Translations under genes and position numbers: made by a program
In this document: piece by piece, positions 19,510 to 34,030 of the stretch
Position numbering within the stretch: position 1 is the stretch's first letter
Layout of the letters: each line of letters begins with the position of its first letter
Notes under the pieces: generated by a model
The model's database searches: none
The model's input: only the letters and a program-made list of their open reading frames with translations
What the model was told of the DNA's origin: nothing
Assembly: GCF_009914755.1 (NCBI RefSeq)
Contig: NC_060930.1
Origin: the human T2T-CHM13v2.0 reference genome, Homo sapiens
DNA: 64,000 nt
Direction: 5' to 3' (one strand)

Positions 19510-21755
19510 TATATACATGTGTATATATATGAGGTTTAATGGATTCACAGTTCCACATGGCTAGAGAGGCCTCACAATCATGGCAGAAAGCAAAGGCATG
19601 TCTTACATGGCAGCAGACAAACAACATGTACAGGGGAATTGCCCTTTATAAAACCATCAGATCTAGATGGTTTTATAAAAAGCAGTTTATAGAACTATAA
19701 ACTAGAACTAGAACTATAAACTAGAACTAGAACTCACTCACTATCACGAGAATAGCATGAAGGTAACTGTCCCCATGATTCAATTATCTCCCCACCAGGT
19801 CCCTCCCACATGTGGGGATTATGGGAACTACAGTTCAAGATGAGATTTGGGTAGAGACATAGCCAAACCATATCATTCCACCCCTGGCTCCTCCCAAATC
19901 TCATGTCCTCATATTTAAAAACACAATCATGCCTTTCCAACAGTCCCCCAAAGACTTAGCTCATTACAGCATTAAACCAAAAGTCGAAGTCCAAAGTTTC
20001 ATCCGAGACAAGGCAAGTCCCTTCCGCCTAGGAGCCTATAAAGTCAAAAGCAAGTTGGTTACTTCCTAGACACAATGGGAGTACAGGCATTGGGTAAATA
20101 CTCCTGTTCCAAATGGGAGAAGTTGGCCAAAACAAAGGAGCTACAGGCCCCATGCAAGTCCGAAATCCAACAAGGCAGTCATTAAACCTTAAAGTTCCAA
20201 AATGACCTCCTTTGACTCCATGTCTCACATCCAGGTCACGCTGATATAAGAGGTAGGCTCCCACCGTCTTGGGCAACTCAGCCCCTGTGGCTTTGCAGAG
20301 GACAGCCTCCCTCCCAGCTGCTTTCATGGCTGGCGCTGAGTGTCTGCAGCTTTTCCAGGCACACGGTTCAAGTTGTCAATGGATCTACCATTCTGGTGTC
20401 TAGAGGATGGTGACCCTCTTCTCACAGCTCCATTAGGCAGTGCCCCAGTGGGGACTTTGGGTGGTGGCTCTGACCCCACATTTCCCTTCTTCTGCAGCAA
20501 ATTTCTTCCTGGACATCCAGGTGTTTCCATACATCCTCCAAAATCTAGGCAGAGATTCCCCAACCTCAATTCTTGTTTTCTGCACACCCACAGGACCAAC
20601 ACCACATGGAAGCTGCCAAGACTTGCGGCCTGCACCCTCTGAAGCCACAGCCTGAGCTGTATCTTGGCCCCTTTTAGCCATGGCTGGAGCGGCTGGGATG
20701 CAGGGCACCATTTCCACCAAGTCCAGCAGCTGCACACAGCAGGGGAGCCCTGGACCAGGCTCAAGAAACCATTTTTCCCTCCTAGGCCATGGGACTGTGA
20801 TGGGAGGGGCTCTCCAGAAGGTCTCTGATATGTCCTGGAGCCATTTTCCCCATTGTTTTGGCAATTAGCATTTGGCTTCTCATTACTTATCCAAATTTCT
20901 GCTGTGGGCTTGAATTTCTCCCCAGAACATGGGATTTTCTTTTCTACAGCATCATCAGGCTGCAATTTTTTCAAACTTTTATGCTCTGCTTCCTCTTGAA
21001 TGCTTTGCTGCTTAGAAATTTCTTCCACCAGATACCCTAAATCATCTCTCTCAAGTTCAAAGTTCCATACATCTCTAGGGCAGGGCAAAATGACACCAGT
21101 CTCTTTGCTAAAGCACAACAAGAGTCACCTTCGGTCCAGTTCCCAACAAGTTCCTCATCTCCATCTGAGACCATCTCAGAGTGGACTTTACTGTCCATAG
21201 CACTATCAGCATTTTGGTCAAAGCTATTTGACAAGTCTCTAGGAAGTTCCAAAATTTCCCACAACTTCCTGTCTTCTTCTGGGCCCTCCAAGCTCTTCCA
21301 GTCTCTGCCTGTTACCCAGTTCTAAAGTTGTCTCCATATTTTTGGGTATCTTTACAGCAGCCCCTCCTTCTACCCAGTACCAATTCACTGTATTAGTCCG
21401 TTCTCCCACTGCTAATAAAGACATATCTGAGACTGGATAATTTATAAAGAAAAATGAGGTTTAACAGACTCACAGTTCCACATGGCTGGGAAGGACTCAC
21501 AATCACGGCAGAAAGCGAACAAGGAGTAAAGGCACGTCTTACATAGCAGCAGGCAAGACAGCACGTACAGGGGAACTGCCATTTATAAAACCATCAGATC
21601 TTGTGAGAACTCACTCACTATCATGAGAACAGCATGGAGGTAACCGCCCCCATGATTCAATTACCTTCCCACTGGGTCCCTCTCATGACATGTGGGGATT
21701 ATGGGAACTACAGTTCAAGATGAGATTTGGGTAGGGACACAGCCAAACCATATTA
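19271..21755 (-). mobile_element. Full-length THE1 (THE1C-like) MaLR provirus: 5'LTR 21389-21755, internal 19876-21388, 3'LTR 19271-19875
   Basis: Two LTRs; perfect TSD CATAG at 19266-70 and 21756-60; MaLR-int ORF motif WNFELERDDLGYLVEEISKQQSIQ. Confidence 0.95.
19317..19530. repeat. (TA)n/(CA)n/(TACG) alternating purine-pyrimidine microsatellite inside the 3'LTR
   Basis: Read directly; absent from the cognate 5'LTR. Confidence 0.95.
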
Positions 21756-22515
21756 CATAGATTAATATTCCTGAGGGAGAGGAAAAAGAAAAAAGTCTGG
21801 AAAACCTTTTTAAAGAAATAATTCATGAAAACTTCCCTATTCTAACAAGAGATTTAGACATCCAGATATAAGAGGCTCAACAAATTCCAAGCAAATACAT
21901 TGCAAGAAGGACCTCACTTCAACACAGAGTCATCAGACTGTCTAAAATCAATGTGAAGAAGAAAATCCTAAAATCAGCAAGAGAAAGTATCTAGTCACTT
22001 ATAAAGAAAACCCCATCAGAGTAACAGCAAACTTCTGAGCAGAAACCTTACAAGGCAGAAGAGATTGGGATTCTAATTTTAAAATGCTTAAAGAAAAAAA
22101 AAAACTGTCAACTACAAATTTTGTACCCTGCAGGAATAAATTTCATAAGTGAAGGAGAAATAGTCTTTCCTAGACAAGCAAATGCTGTAGGAATTCATCG
22201 CCACTAGACTGGTAGTATAAGAAATGCTCAAAGGAGTCCTAAACATGGAAACGAAAGGTGATACTTGCCATCATAAAAACACGTGTAAGTATAGAACTCA
22301 GAGGTCTTATAAAACAATTACAAAAAGGAGGAAGAGAAAGAAATTAAATAGGAACACAACAGAACACAAAACCACAAACAGAAAAAAAAGAGAGAGAAAC
22401 AAAGGATCTACAAAGCAACTAGATAACAATCAATATCATGACAGGAAAAAAAACTCACATATCAATATTAACCTTGAATGTAAATGCATTAAATGCTCCA
22501 CTTAAAAGATACAGA

Positions 22516-22934
<419 letters not shown>

Positions 22935-23999
22935 CTAGACTTTAGCACTATGCAATATATCCATGTATCAAAACTGTACTTGTACCTCCTATATTAATAC
23001 AAAATTTTTAAAATTTAATAAAACAAAATCAGTAAACTACTGATCTATCTCAGCTTTATCAATTTATCAGAATCTGCCTTTGACTTTCCCACCTCTCTTC
23101 TATTAATAATATAGTCAGGTATAAGCAATCGGTCAGGTATCCTACCCAAACACACTCAAATGCAAGTAATAAAAGTAACTTTTATGGCTATATCAAAAAT
23201 TATAAAATGTATTGAAATTGGTTCCAAATGTTATTATTTAACTTTTTTAGATGATCAAAAAAGATACAACTTCTTACTGTTTTAGATCCAGTTAACTAGC
23301 CTTCCTTACTCTACAGCTCACTTACCTGAGTGGTAAGGAATTAAGTTAACTGTTTCCAATAGCTTTGTAGGGAAACCTTTTTATAGTCTAAATCATGGTA
23401 AGATCATCTTTACCAAGCACTTTCTGACATACAATCTTATTTAATCACAAACTCTAAATGTATTTTCATCAATTTTTGCTTCTACCACCAATCTGATGAT
23501 AAAAAGTATGTTTTGAATGATAGAATATGGGAGTTAGATGAAACCCAAAATATCATCTACTCCAAACTCTTCCTTTCATAACTGAGACTAGTGATACAGC
23601 TTAAAGTCATACAGCTAGTTAGTGAATGACACAGCTGAGACCAGAAAGCTAACTAAGCCCTTCAGCTATCTAGCTGGCTATATCAAGAAGGTCAAATTCA
23701 CAAGAGAAGAACCATAAGTGAGATAGAACCAGGCTGGAAATCACTATACTCTTAAAGTTAAGCAGGTGAAGTGGGTAGAATAACATTCATAAACAGCTTC
23801 ACTAATGTTTAAAGGAAGCAGAATTGCTTTGGGTTCACAGATATCAAAAGTCATGCTGACATGCAATCTCCAGGGGAGATTAGAAAGGAAGAACAAGAAG
23901 TCAGTGAGGAGAATGAACCAGAATGAATTTGCTCTGCTCTCCTATTTAGCCACTGACTGGGGGTTGGGGAGTGTAGTGCAGTCAAATGGTTAGGGTTTT

Positions 24000-24410
24000 G
24001 GTCCATCAAGAGATGAACAGATAAACAAAATGTGGTATATCCATAAGATGCAATATTATTCAGCAATACAAAGGAAAGAAATTCTGATATATGCTACAAC
24101 ATGGATGAGCCTTGAAAACATTATGGTAAGTGAAGTAAGCCAGAAATAAAGAACAAACATTGTATGATTCTACTTATATGTGGTATATAGAACAGACAAA
24201 TTCATGGAGACAAAAATAGAATAGATGTTACCAGGTACAGGGAGAGGAGCAAATGAGGAGTTACTGTTTCTATTTGTGATCATAAAAAAGTTCTGAAAAT
24301 TAATAGTGGTGATAGTTGCAAAACAATGTGAATGTACTTAATGCCAGTGAACCATACATATAAACATAGTTAACATGGTGAATTTTATGTTATGTATATT
24401 TTACCACAAC
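24000..24410 (+). mobile_element. L1MB 3' end
   Basis: gataaacaaaatgtggtatatccat...ttttatgttatgtatattttaccacaa. Confidence 0.85.
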
Positions 24411-24632
24411 TTTTTAAATGCAAAAAAACAAAACAGAGTTTTGGAGGTATGAGGAATTTGTTTTCTATGCCACTTACCAACTTGTTAGCAATGGGTTATT
24501 TCTCCTTAAAAACTCTGCTTAAGAAAAATATAAATTCAAACACTTTACCACAGGTGACATATTTTTATAATTTTAGAAGAATTATAGGAAGCTCCAGAAA
24601 ACAGTCCTGGAGGTAACACAAATCCTGATTGA

Positions 24633-25262
<630 letters not shown>

Positions 25263-25497
25263 TTACTAGCAGTTGCTATTAAATGATTATTTAACACTCC
25301 TATACTTATTTCTACAAGACATCCATTGCTATTCAAAAAAATCTAATTTATCTGGAGAGAAAACAAGGACTCCCTTTGTTGTCCCAAGGACATGCTATAG
25401 GGATTGGAGTCCTCTGAGACTGTAACTGAATCAGCTCAGCAGATTACTGCATTTAGCCTCCCTTCCTCTTAACCTGGTAGTGTCCTACCCGTCTATG

Positions 25498-25800
25498 CCA
25501 GGGGTAACAATCTCAAATGCCTAAAGAAGCCAGAGCCAGACAAGGAATATAAATGAATGAAGCAATAGGAACAAATCTGGCAAGCAAAAAATGAAAGCTG
25601 TGGCAACCTGGAATGCTTCTGCCGCACCTACAGAAGCACTGTCAATTGATGCCATGTGGGAATGCTATTTTTTCATTGTTACCATGCCTTCTGAATTTTC
25701 AAAAGAGGCTAGAAATTTAGATTTTTCAACAAACTCTAAAAGCTGAGCAAAATGAATCAGAGAACTCTAAATACTTTACAAGCCGCCAGTCTGTGCTTTT
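25498..25800 (+). mobile_element. MER102-like hAT-Charlie fossil
   Basis: caggggtaacaatctcaaatgccta...tgccatgtgggaatgc...ttttcaaaagaggctagaaat. Confidence 0.65.
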
Positions 25801-26039
25801 TGCTCCATGAACACTCCAAGCTACGAAGGAAAATGACAGGAAACAATACTTCCTAGTTATTCATATCTCATTTTGGATCTAAGGACTCCAATTCCCTGAG
25901 AGCAAGGCAGCAGGTGGCATTCAAGTCACGTAAAATAAATAAGTCAAAGGCATAAACTGAAAAGGCAATTTTCTTAATATCTACTTAACATATAAAAAGT
26001 TAAAACCTGACACTTAGAGTATATGTTAAAATAACCTAC

Positions 26040-26090
26040 CAACTTTCAAAATGTCAGGAACTCAGATGAGTCCATGGTAACTGCAGAACA
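26040..26090 (-). other. Candidate 51-nt non-coding exon containing uORF MDSSEFLTF*
   Basis: tgcttaatattttcttccag|TGTTC...AAGTTG|gtaggt; stops in all three frames; ACCATGG start. Confidence 0.4.
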
Positions 26091-26619
26091 CTGGAAGAAA
26101 ATATTAAGCAGCAAGAATATAATTTTTAAAACTCTCTGAAGCCACCCTAAAAATCACATGATTCACAACAAACCTGTTCCCTATGCCATGACATGAAATG
26201 TCTGTTGTATCATCTTGGATCCCATCCTCTTGATTTTTATAACTTTGGTTGATATAACAGATATGGATCTGTAATTCTATATATTAATTTCCCAAATTCC
26301 AATCGAAAATCTCTGTTTGAAACTGCCTACCTACTTGATTTTTTTTTTAATTAGGGAAATATTGCTGGAAAAGAGGAGAAAATATTTCGGAAAAAGCTGC
26401 TTTCTTACAGTTTGACTTAGATACAGAAGTCAAGAATAGTACAGGAGTGAAGCTATTTTTCTCTTTCCCTTGTCACAAAAAGACTAGCTACTTCTCTCCA
26501 AAGGTGATCTATTTCTGGACAAGGAGAGTCAGAATTCTTCCTTAAACTTAACCCAGTTAACGTATTCACCATCAATATAATCTCCTTCTACTACAACCAA
26601 AACAATATACAGCAGGATT

Positions 26620-27140
26620 TAACTAACATTATGTGCTTATGTACTAGGCACTGAGCTAAACTCATGTAATCCTCACTATCCTACGAAATAGGTACTTCTA
26701 TCTGCAAAGTAGACACGGTTCCTGCCCTCAGAAGGCTATTTTCTAATGGCAGAGGCAGACATTAAACATTCTCAATGAAGAATGTACCACTGCATTTATG
26801 ATCACAGTGAGAAAGGAGATGAACAAGGTGCTACCAATGTACGTGAAAGGAAAATATGACCTTACCCGGGGAGGCATCTCTGTGGAAATAACATTCTATA
26901 CAGATCAAAGGATAAGCAAGTTTTAACTAGGCAAAGTCTCCAGGCAGAGAGAAGAGTATGAGAAAAGGTCTTGTGATGGAGTTTGAGTTAGAGACAAAAA
27001 AAGCAAATGCGGCCAACACAGGGAGAATAAGGGGAAGCATGCTGAATGAATAGGCCATCCAGGGCTTTGCCATTTACATTAGAAGTCTCCAAGCCATTCA
27101 CATTAAAAGTCTCCAAGAGCAATAGAAAATGCTGAAGTTA
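26620..27140 (-). mobile_element. MIR + L2 fragments
   Basis: ggcactgagctaa...ctcatgtaatcctcac; cggttcctgccctcag...ctaatggcagaggcagac. Confidence 0.6.
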
Positions 27141-27423
27141 GAAAAAGGGGAAGAGGATTATCAGAATTATGGGCATTTTAATGCATTTTTTAAATTGAAA
27201 GAACGTAAAAGAAGAAGGTACTGTCTATTGTCTCACTCCCACCCTGTCAATGTCTATCTGATTTTCTCCACCCCACTGGTAATCAATCTTAGTCTTACAT
27301 AGTACGCTTATCCTGGTATGAATCCACAGGTGCATGTGCGCGCAGACACACACACACCCATAAAACACTTTCCTCCTTTCTTACACAAAGGATAGCATGT
27401 TATATGTACTGTCCTCTACGCTG

Positions 27424-27740
27424 TTTTTTGTTTGTTTGTTTGTTTGTTTTTTGAGACAGAGTCTCACTCTGTTACCCAGGCTGGAGTGCAGTGGCACAAC
27501 CTCAGCCCACTGCAACCTCTGCCTCCCAGGTTCAGGTGATTCTCTGCTTCGGCCTCCCAAATAGCTGGGATTACAGGCACGTGCCACCACGTCCATCTAA
27601 TGTTTGTATTTTTAGTAAAGATGGGGCTTCACTATGTTGGCCAGGCTGGTCTCAAGCTCCTGACCTCAGGTGATCTGCCCGCCTCAGCCTCCCAAAGTGC
27701 TGAGATTACAGGCACTAATTACAGGCACTAATGCCTGGGC
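27424..27740 (-). mobile_element. AluSx-like
   Basis: Dimer with (TTTG)n tail. Confidence 0.9.
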
Positions 27741-27765
27741 ATCTACCCTGTTTTTTTTCACTTAG

Positions 27766-28131
<366 letters not shown>

Positions 28132-28463
28132 TACCATGGGTTATTTAATGAGTCTCGTGGATGAGAAGAAAAAGCCTACCCAACTGCTACTGGATTTTGC
28201 TGTTACAGACAATCTTGTAAGTGAGGTTGCTGGGTCAAATGGTAAGTGCATTTGTACTTTTGACAGACATGGTTAGATTCTGCACTCCTACCAACAATGT
28301 ATGACATCATTTATGAAAACTGGACAACCAAATGAGTTACCAAACTTTTGAGTTTTTACCAATGTGACAGGTAGAAAACTGTTTTACTGTAGTTTTAATT
28401 TGCATTTCTTTTTTATTTTAGGTAAGGTTGCACATACCTTCACATGTTTAAGAGCCATCTATA

Positions 28464-29127
<664 letters not shown>

Positions 29128-29174
29128 AACTGTACTTCTTTTTCTGTCAAACTATCTGTTCATGTCCTTTGCTC

Positions 29175-29508
<334 letters not shown>

Positions 29509-30200
29509 TGAGCATGTGCTAACTTTCCTTCTCTCCATTTATACAACTGTCGGCAACATAAGCGTCAATTGTTTTAAAAACTGTATTTCTCTTTTGACTT
29601 TCCTTATGGTAGTTTTTTATCACAGAGATTTTTAAAGGCAAATTTACCAATCTTTTGACTTCCAGATTTTGAGTCATAATTTTAGAAAGGCTTTATAATT
29701 CTAAGGTTATAATTAAATTCTCCTCTGGTTTCATTTTTTTATATTTAAATCTCTGACCCATGTAAAATGTATCTGAGTATACAACATAAAGGACCTAATG
29801 TTCTCTTTTTCCAGGTGGCTTCAAAGTTGTACCAATACCATTATTAGAGTCCATCCTTACTCCCACTGATATGAGATACTGCTTTTTACCATATCCTAGG
29901 TTGTTATATTTTCTAATCTATTTCTGAATTTTAATTTCTGCCCTATTAGGCTGTCTATCCATGCACCAAATACCTTACTTTAATTGAAGCTTTAGCTTAT
30001 GTTTTAATATCAGGAAGGTCAAGTCTTCATTTGTCTTTCAAGATGTTTCAGACTTCTTCTCTTTCAAAGTTTTTCAGAATTTAGTTTATTACAGTTTTTG
30101 TAGTATTTTTTATTAGGATCACTTCAATTTGTAAATTAAGTAAGAAAGAATTGACACTTTATCATGAGTCTCAATTTCCCAATTAAGAACATGGTATGAG

Positions 30201-30463
30201 GGCCAGGTGTGGTGGCTCACACCTATAATCCCAGCACTTTTGGGAGACCAAGGTGAGAGGATTGTTGAGGTCAGGAGTTCAGTACCAGCCTGAGCAACAT
30301 AGCAAGACTCTACAAAAAATAAGAAATTTAGCCAGGCATTGTGGTACCTGCCTGTAGTCCCAGCTACCTGGGAGGCTGAGGTGGGAGAATTTCTTAAGCT
30401 CGGGAGATCAGGGCTGCAGTGAGCCATGATTATGCCACTGTACTTCACCTGGTGACAGAGCAA
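30201..30463 (+). mobile_element. AluJ with its 3' end replaced
   Basis: AluJ diagnostics; TSD aagaacatggta at 30185-96 and 30712-23. Confidence 0.9.
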
Positions 30464-30689
30464 TGGATGATCTTGGCTCACTGCAACCTCTGTCTCCTGG
30501 GTTCAAAGGATTCTCCTGCCTCAGCCTCCCAAGTAGCTGGGATTACAGATGTGTGCCACCATGCCCGGCTAATTTTTGTATTTTTAGTAGAGACAAGGTT
30601 TCACCATGTTGGCCAGGCTGATCTTGAACGCCTGACCCCAAGTGATCCACTCACCTCAGCCTCCCAAAGTGCTGGGATTACAGGCGTGA
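30464..30689 (-). mobile_element. Alu fragment truncated at both ends; copy of the Alu at 24958-25262
   Basis: No own tail or TSD; shares private variants with 25039-25246. Confidence 0.85.
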
Positions 30690-30779
30690 TACAGGAATGC
30701 ATAGAAAAACAAAGAACATGGTACTTTTTTTATGCATTCACGTCTACTTTTGTGTTCTTCAGGAATGTAAAGAGTGGAT

Positions 30780-31110
30780 TGAAAAGAGGATAGGTAGGTG
30801 AGGTTAGGCTAGGGAAGACTGTGGCAATTGAAGAATATGTATGGGATAAACTGGAGAGAGAATAGAGTGAAGAGAGCGATTCAACATTTAATCACCTGGA
30901 TAGGCCTGCCACAGAGGCAGAAAATGAATTGCTACAAAGTTAGAAAGAAAACAAAAAGAAAAGTATTTTTTAAGAAAAAAGAAACTGTCAAAAGTACAAT
31001 TAAGATGAAGACTAAAATAAATACATTAGGTTTAGTGATATGGAAGTCATTAGTGATCATAGTAAGATCTATTTTGGGAGAATTATGTGGCTGGAAGCCA
31101 AAGTGGGACT
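30780..31110 (-). mobile_element. L2 fragment
   Basis: taagatgaagact...ggtttagtgatatggaagtcattagtgatc. Confidence 0.6.
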
Positions 31111-32318
31111 TACATTCCAGTTAGGCCAAATAGGGCTATCTGGCTTTAATTTGTTTCTAAAAGGGTCTTCCTAAAGGTCAAAATGCCACTGATTTCAGAG
31201 TATAACTGTACAGTAATTATTCCTAAAATGGAGTTCAATCACACTCTCAGAAGGAGGTTCTTGAATAATTCACACAAAGAATGCACAGATCCAGAAAATA
31301 CTGCCAATACAAGGAAATATCAGAAACCAGACTAGGAAGTAACAGCTAGAGAGCCAAGGGAGTGGCAAACATGAAGTACATTTTCTCCAAAGCAAACTAG
31401 GCTATAACTTCAGAAAAGGATTTGGCTTGGCATTAGCCCCTGCAAGTATACATACATTCTTAAGCACAGCCAGAGAGCCAGATAAAATAGGTGGCTGCCT
31501 AAACTGGATGCCAAAATAAGGCTCTAGCTGCTCAGAAATACTTCCTTCTGCATCTTGTCAAGATACCCTTCTCTCCTTCTCTCAATCTGAATTCAAAATC
31601 CTAATTGTGGTTTCTCTTTTGAGATAGTCCCAACAGAAGCATATGGGCTTCCCCAGCAGGAAAGTAAAGGTATTCAAGGTATCCCCAGTCCTTGTTAACA
31701 TTCACAAAAAGGATAACACATAGCATTTAGCCAGAAGGAGACAGCAAGAAGGGTTAGGAAACAGAGGCATCAATTAAAGTAGTGACAATACATTGATCTG
31801 AGCCAAACTGGGGCTGAACATACTAAAAGGAGAATGTCCCATTGGAAATTCCAGAAACCTGGGACTGTGTGAAGGTAGAGAATCACAGGGAATTGGGGCA
31901 TGGCACTCAAGGGGCATAATCATAGAATCTCAACTCAATGAGTGAGGCTTAGATGTAATCTAGTTCAGAAAATTAGAAAGGTGATATTATTATATCACAA
32001 TTTTACCACTCATATTTGAACCTCCACCTCCGGGTTCAAGCTAGGAATCTCCAATGGAAGTAATTAACAGAGCACATCATAGGTTAAAAAAAATTTTTTT
32101 TTTTATTTTAGTTCCTTCAGAATTCTTTAGGACAGAAAGAACTCCTAAGCCCACCTAAGCTGGTGTGCATGCCCAAACCAATTTCCAATGTGGAAAAATA
32201 GTGAAATAGACCAATATCTTTTTACCTCCCATTTTAACACAATTTGGAACAAAAAAAATTTTTTTTTGTTAATCATAGCACTAAAATGCAGAAGTTCCAG
32301 GTCCCTTCTACTACTTAC

Positions 32319-32483
32319 CAGCTACAGATTATAGGCACAGACAGCATTATACCAAAAGTACTAGTAAGGCCTCTTCTAGGTGTAAGATCCTTGTTCATAA
32401 AAAACAGATACTCTCACATCAGGATTACTGTCTCCTTTGGTTGCTAAGACACCAAGCAGAATCAGTAGATTCAACTAAAATCA
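32319..32483 (-). other. Candidate 165-nt non-coding exon
   Basis: Long pyrimidine tract ccttttttccttctcctctacctctttttcag| and consensus donor CTG|gtaagt; stops in all frames. Confidence 0.35.
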
Positions 32484-33888
32484 CTGAAAAAGAGGTAGAG
32501 GAGAAGGAAAAAAGGGTGTCTGAAATAGAGAAGGCAATTAACAACTCATTTATTGTGGCTCCATCTAGAAGGTTGGATATATATTTAAGTTGTTCTACAG
32601 TTTTGTATCCCTACACCTACACCTTAGCTCTACTTCAATGTCCACCTAAAGTCATATTCAAAAAGATTTGCATCAACTGGGAAAATGTAATGCTTCCGAC
32701 TTCCAAATTACTCTGTGGAAGTAGTGCCACAGGTTGTTCCTTCTGCTATCAGTCTTAAGTGGTGGAATTATGAAAAGGTACTGTATCAGAGAACTGCATT
32801 CACTTAGTAAAATGTACTCCCAGGTATCGATTCTCTGCAGGAGGTTGTTTCAGAAGAAAGGAACAGGGGTTGGCTAGCTGGTTTCTTAGTTTAATTTACA
32901 TACCTTCTTTTTAGAACCAGAGGGAAGTAACAGGGGATATTAAAGGATGTGATAGCTATTCCTGAGGGCAATGTTTGTATTTCTTTATAGAATTAGAATT
33001 GTGCTAGTTCTTACCAGGGAAGCAGGGAACAAATTATGTATTAGTACATTTTGCCGAAACTTTATTCTATTTACTGTTATTTGGGGAAAATGTATTTTAT
33101 TCCTATGGTAAAACGACAGAACTCTGTTCCCAGGCATGTGTCTAATCCTTTTTTTCAAGGAAAAAAATTTGTAAGCACAGTATTCCAACTTACAGCAGGC
33201 ACGATGGGGACCCATGAGCCAGAGAAGATGGGAAACAAACAGGAAAGAGACTCGGCACAGACATTTGAGGGTAATAAATATGATAGCAATCTAGAAGATG
33301 AACAGTTCATGTTGTTTATGATTACAGGCTGATTATTCCTCTAAGTGCAAAGGCTATCCAATAAGTCATATCCGGGTTGATTTGTTAGCAAGGTACTTTC
33401 ACCAGATAATAAATTAGAATGTAATTAAAGTGTATTCTGCCTGTTTATCATTGACTAAGATAGCTTACTATAATTCTCAATTATTTGCATGAACACATAA
33501 CATGACAGCATGGTAAGTAAACCTTCTGGCAAAGGGCAACAAACATCTTAGGACTGTGCTAAAATTGCTAGATTTCTTCTCCAGTCCTTTAAAAAAACTG
33601 TTTCCAATTTTGATAAAGTATGTAAATAGAACAAATTAATCTGGCACTTGCTTTGGTAGAGTAAGTCACAGAGCTAGATCTAGACTCACAAGTCCCGAAA
33701 CTTCTTAGCTTGCTAGCAATTTGCTAAAGGCAGAGACTAAACCATTAAAGAAATAAAACAGAACTGGGTATTTACCACAGACCTTTATTAGGTAGAAAAA
33801 CTTAACTGTAGAGAAAATAGAAGAACTACAAAAAAAAAAAGATGTCAACATGTAAATTTAAAAATTGGATTTCAAAAAGCACTTATCT

Positions 33889-34030
33889 GGGCGGGTGCAG
33901 TGACTCACACCTGTATTCCTAGCACTTTGGGAGGTGGAGGCGGGTGGATTGCTTGAGCCCAGAAGTTTGAGGCCAGCCTGGGCAATACAGCGAGACCCCC
34001 GTCTCTATTTAATTTTTATAAAAAATAAAA
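33889..34030 (+). mobile_element. FLAM_C
   Basis: Single left arm; TSD aagcactta. Confidence 0.8.

Noticed and set aside
19258-19627. Tyr/Ile-rich ORFs
   Set aside because: Translation of the TA microsatellite
19681-19735. Short direct repeats as a CRISPR-like array
   Set aside because: Eukaryotic LTR context, two units, no unique spacers
20324-21121. Longest ORF (265 aa) and overlapping ORFs at 20028-21424 and 41832-44404
   Set aside because: Frameshifted MaLR/THE1 internal and LTR sequence, not a host gene
23319-23328. Perfect minus-strand donor CAG|gtaagtg (similar donors near 32900, 36433 and 37000)
   Set aside because: No convincing partner acceptor; such sites occur by chance in long introns
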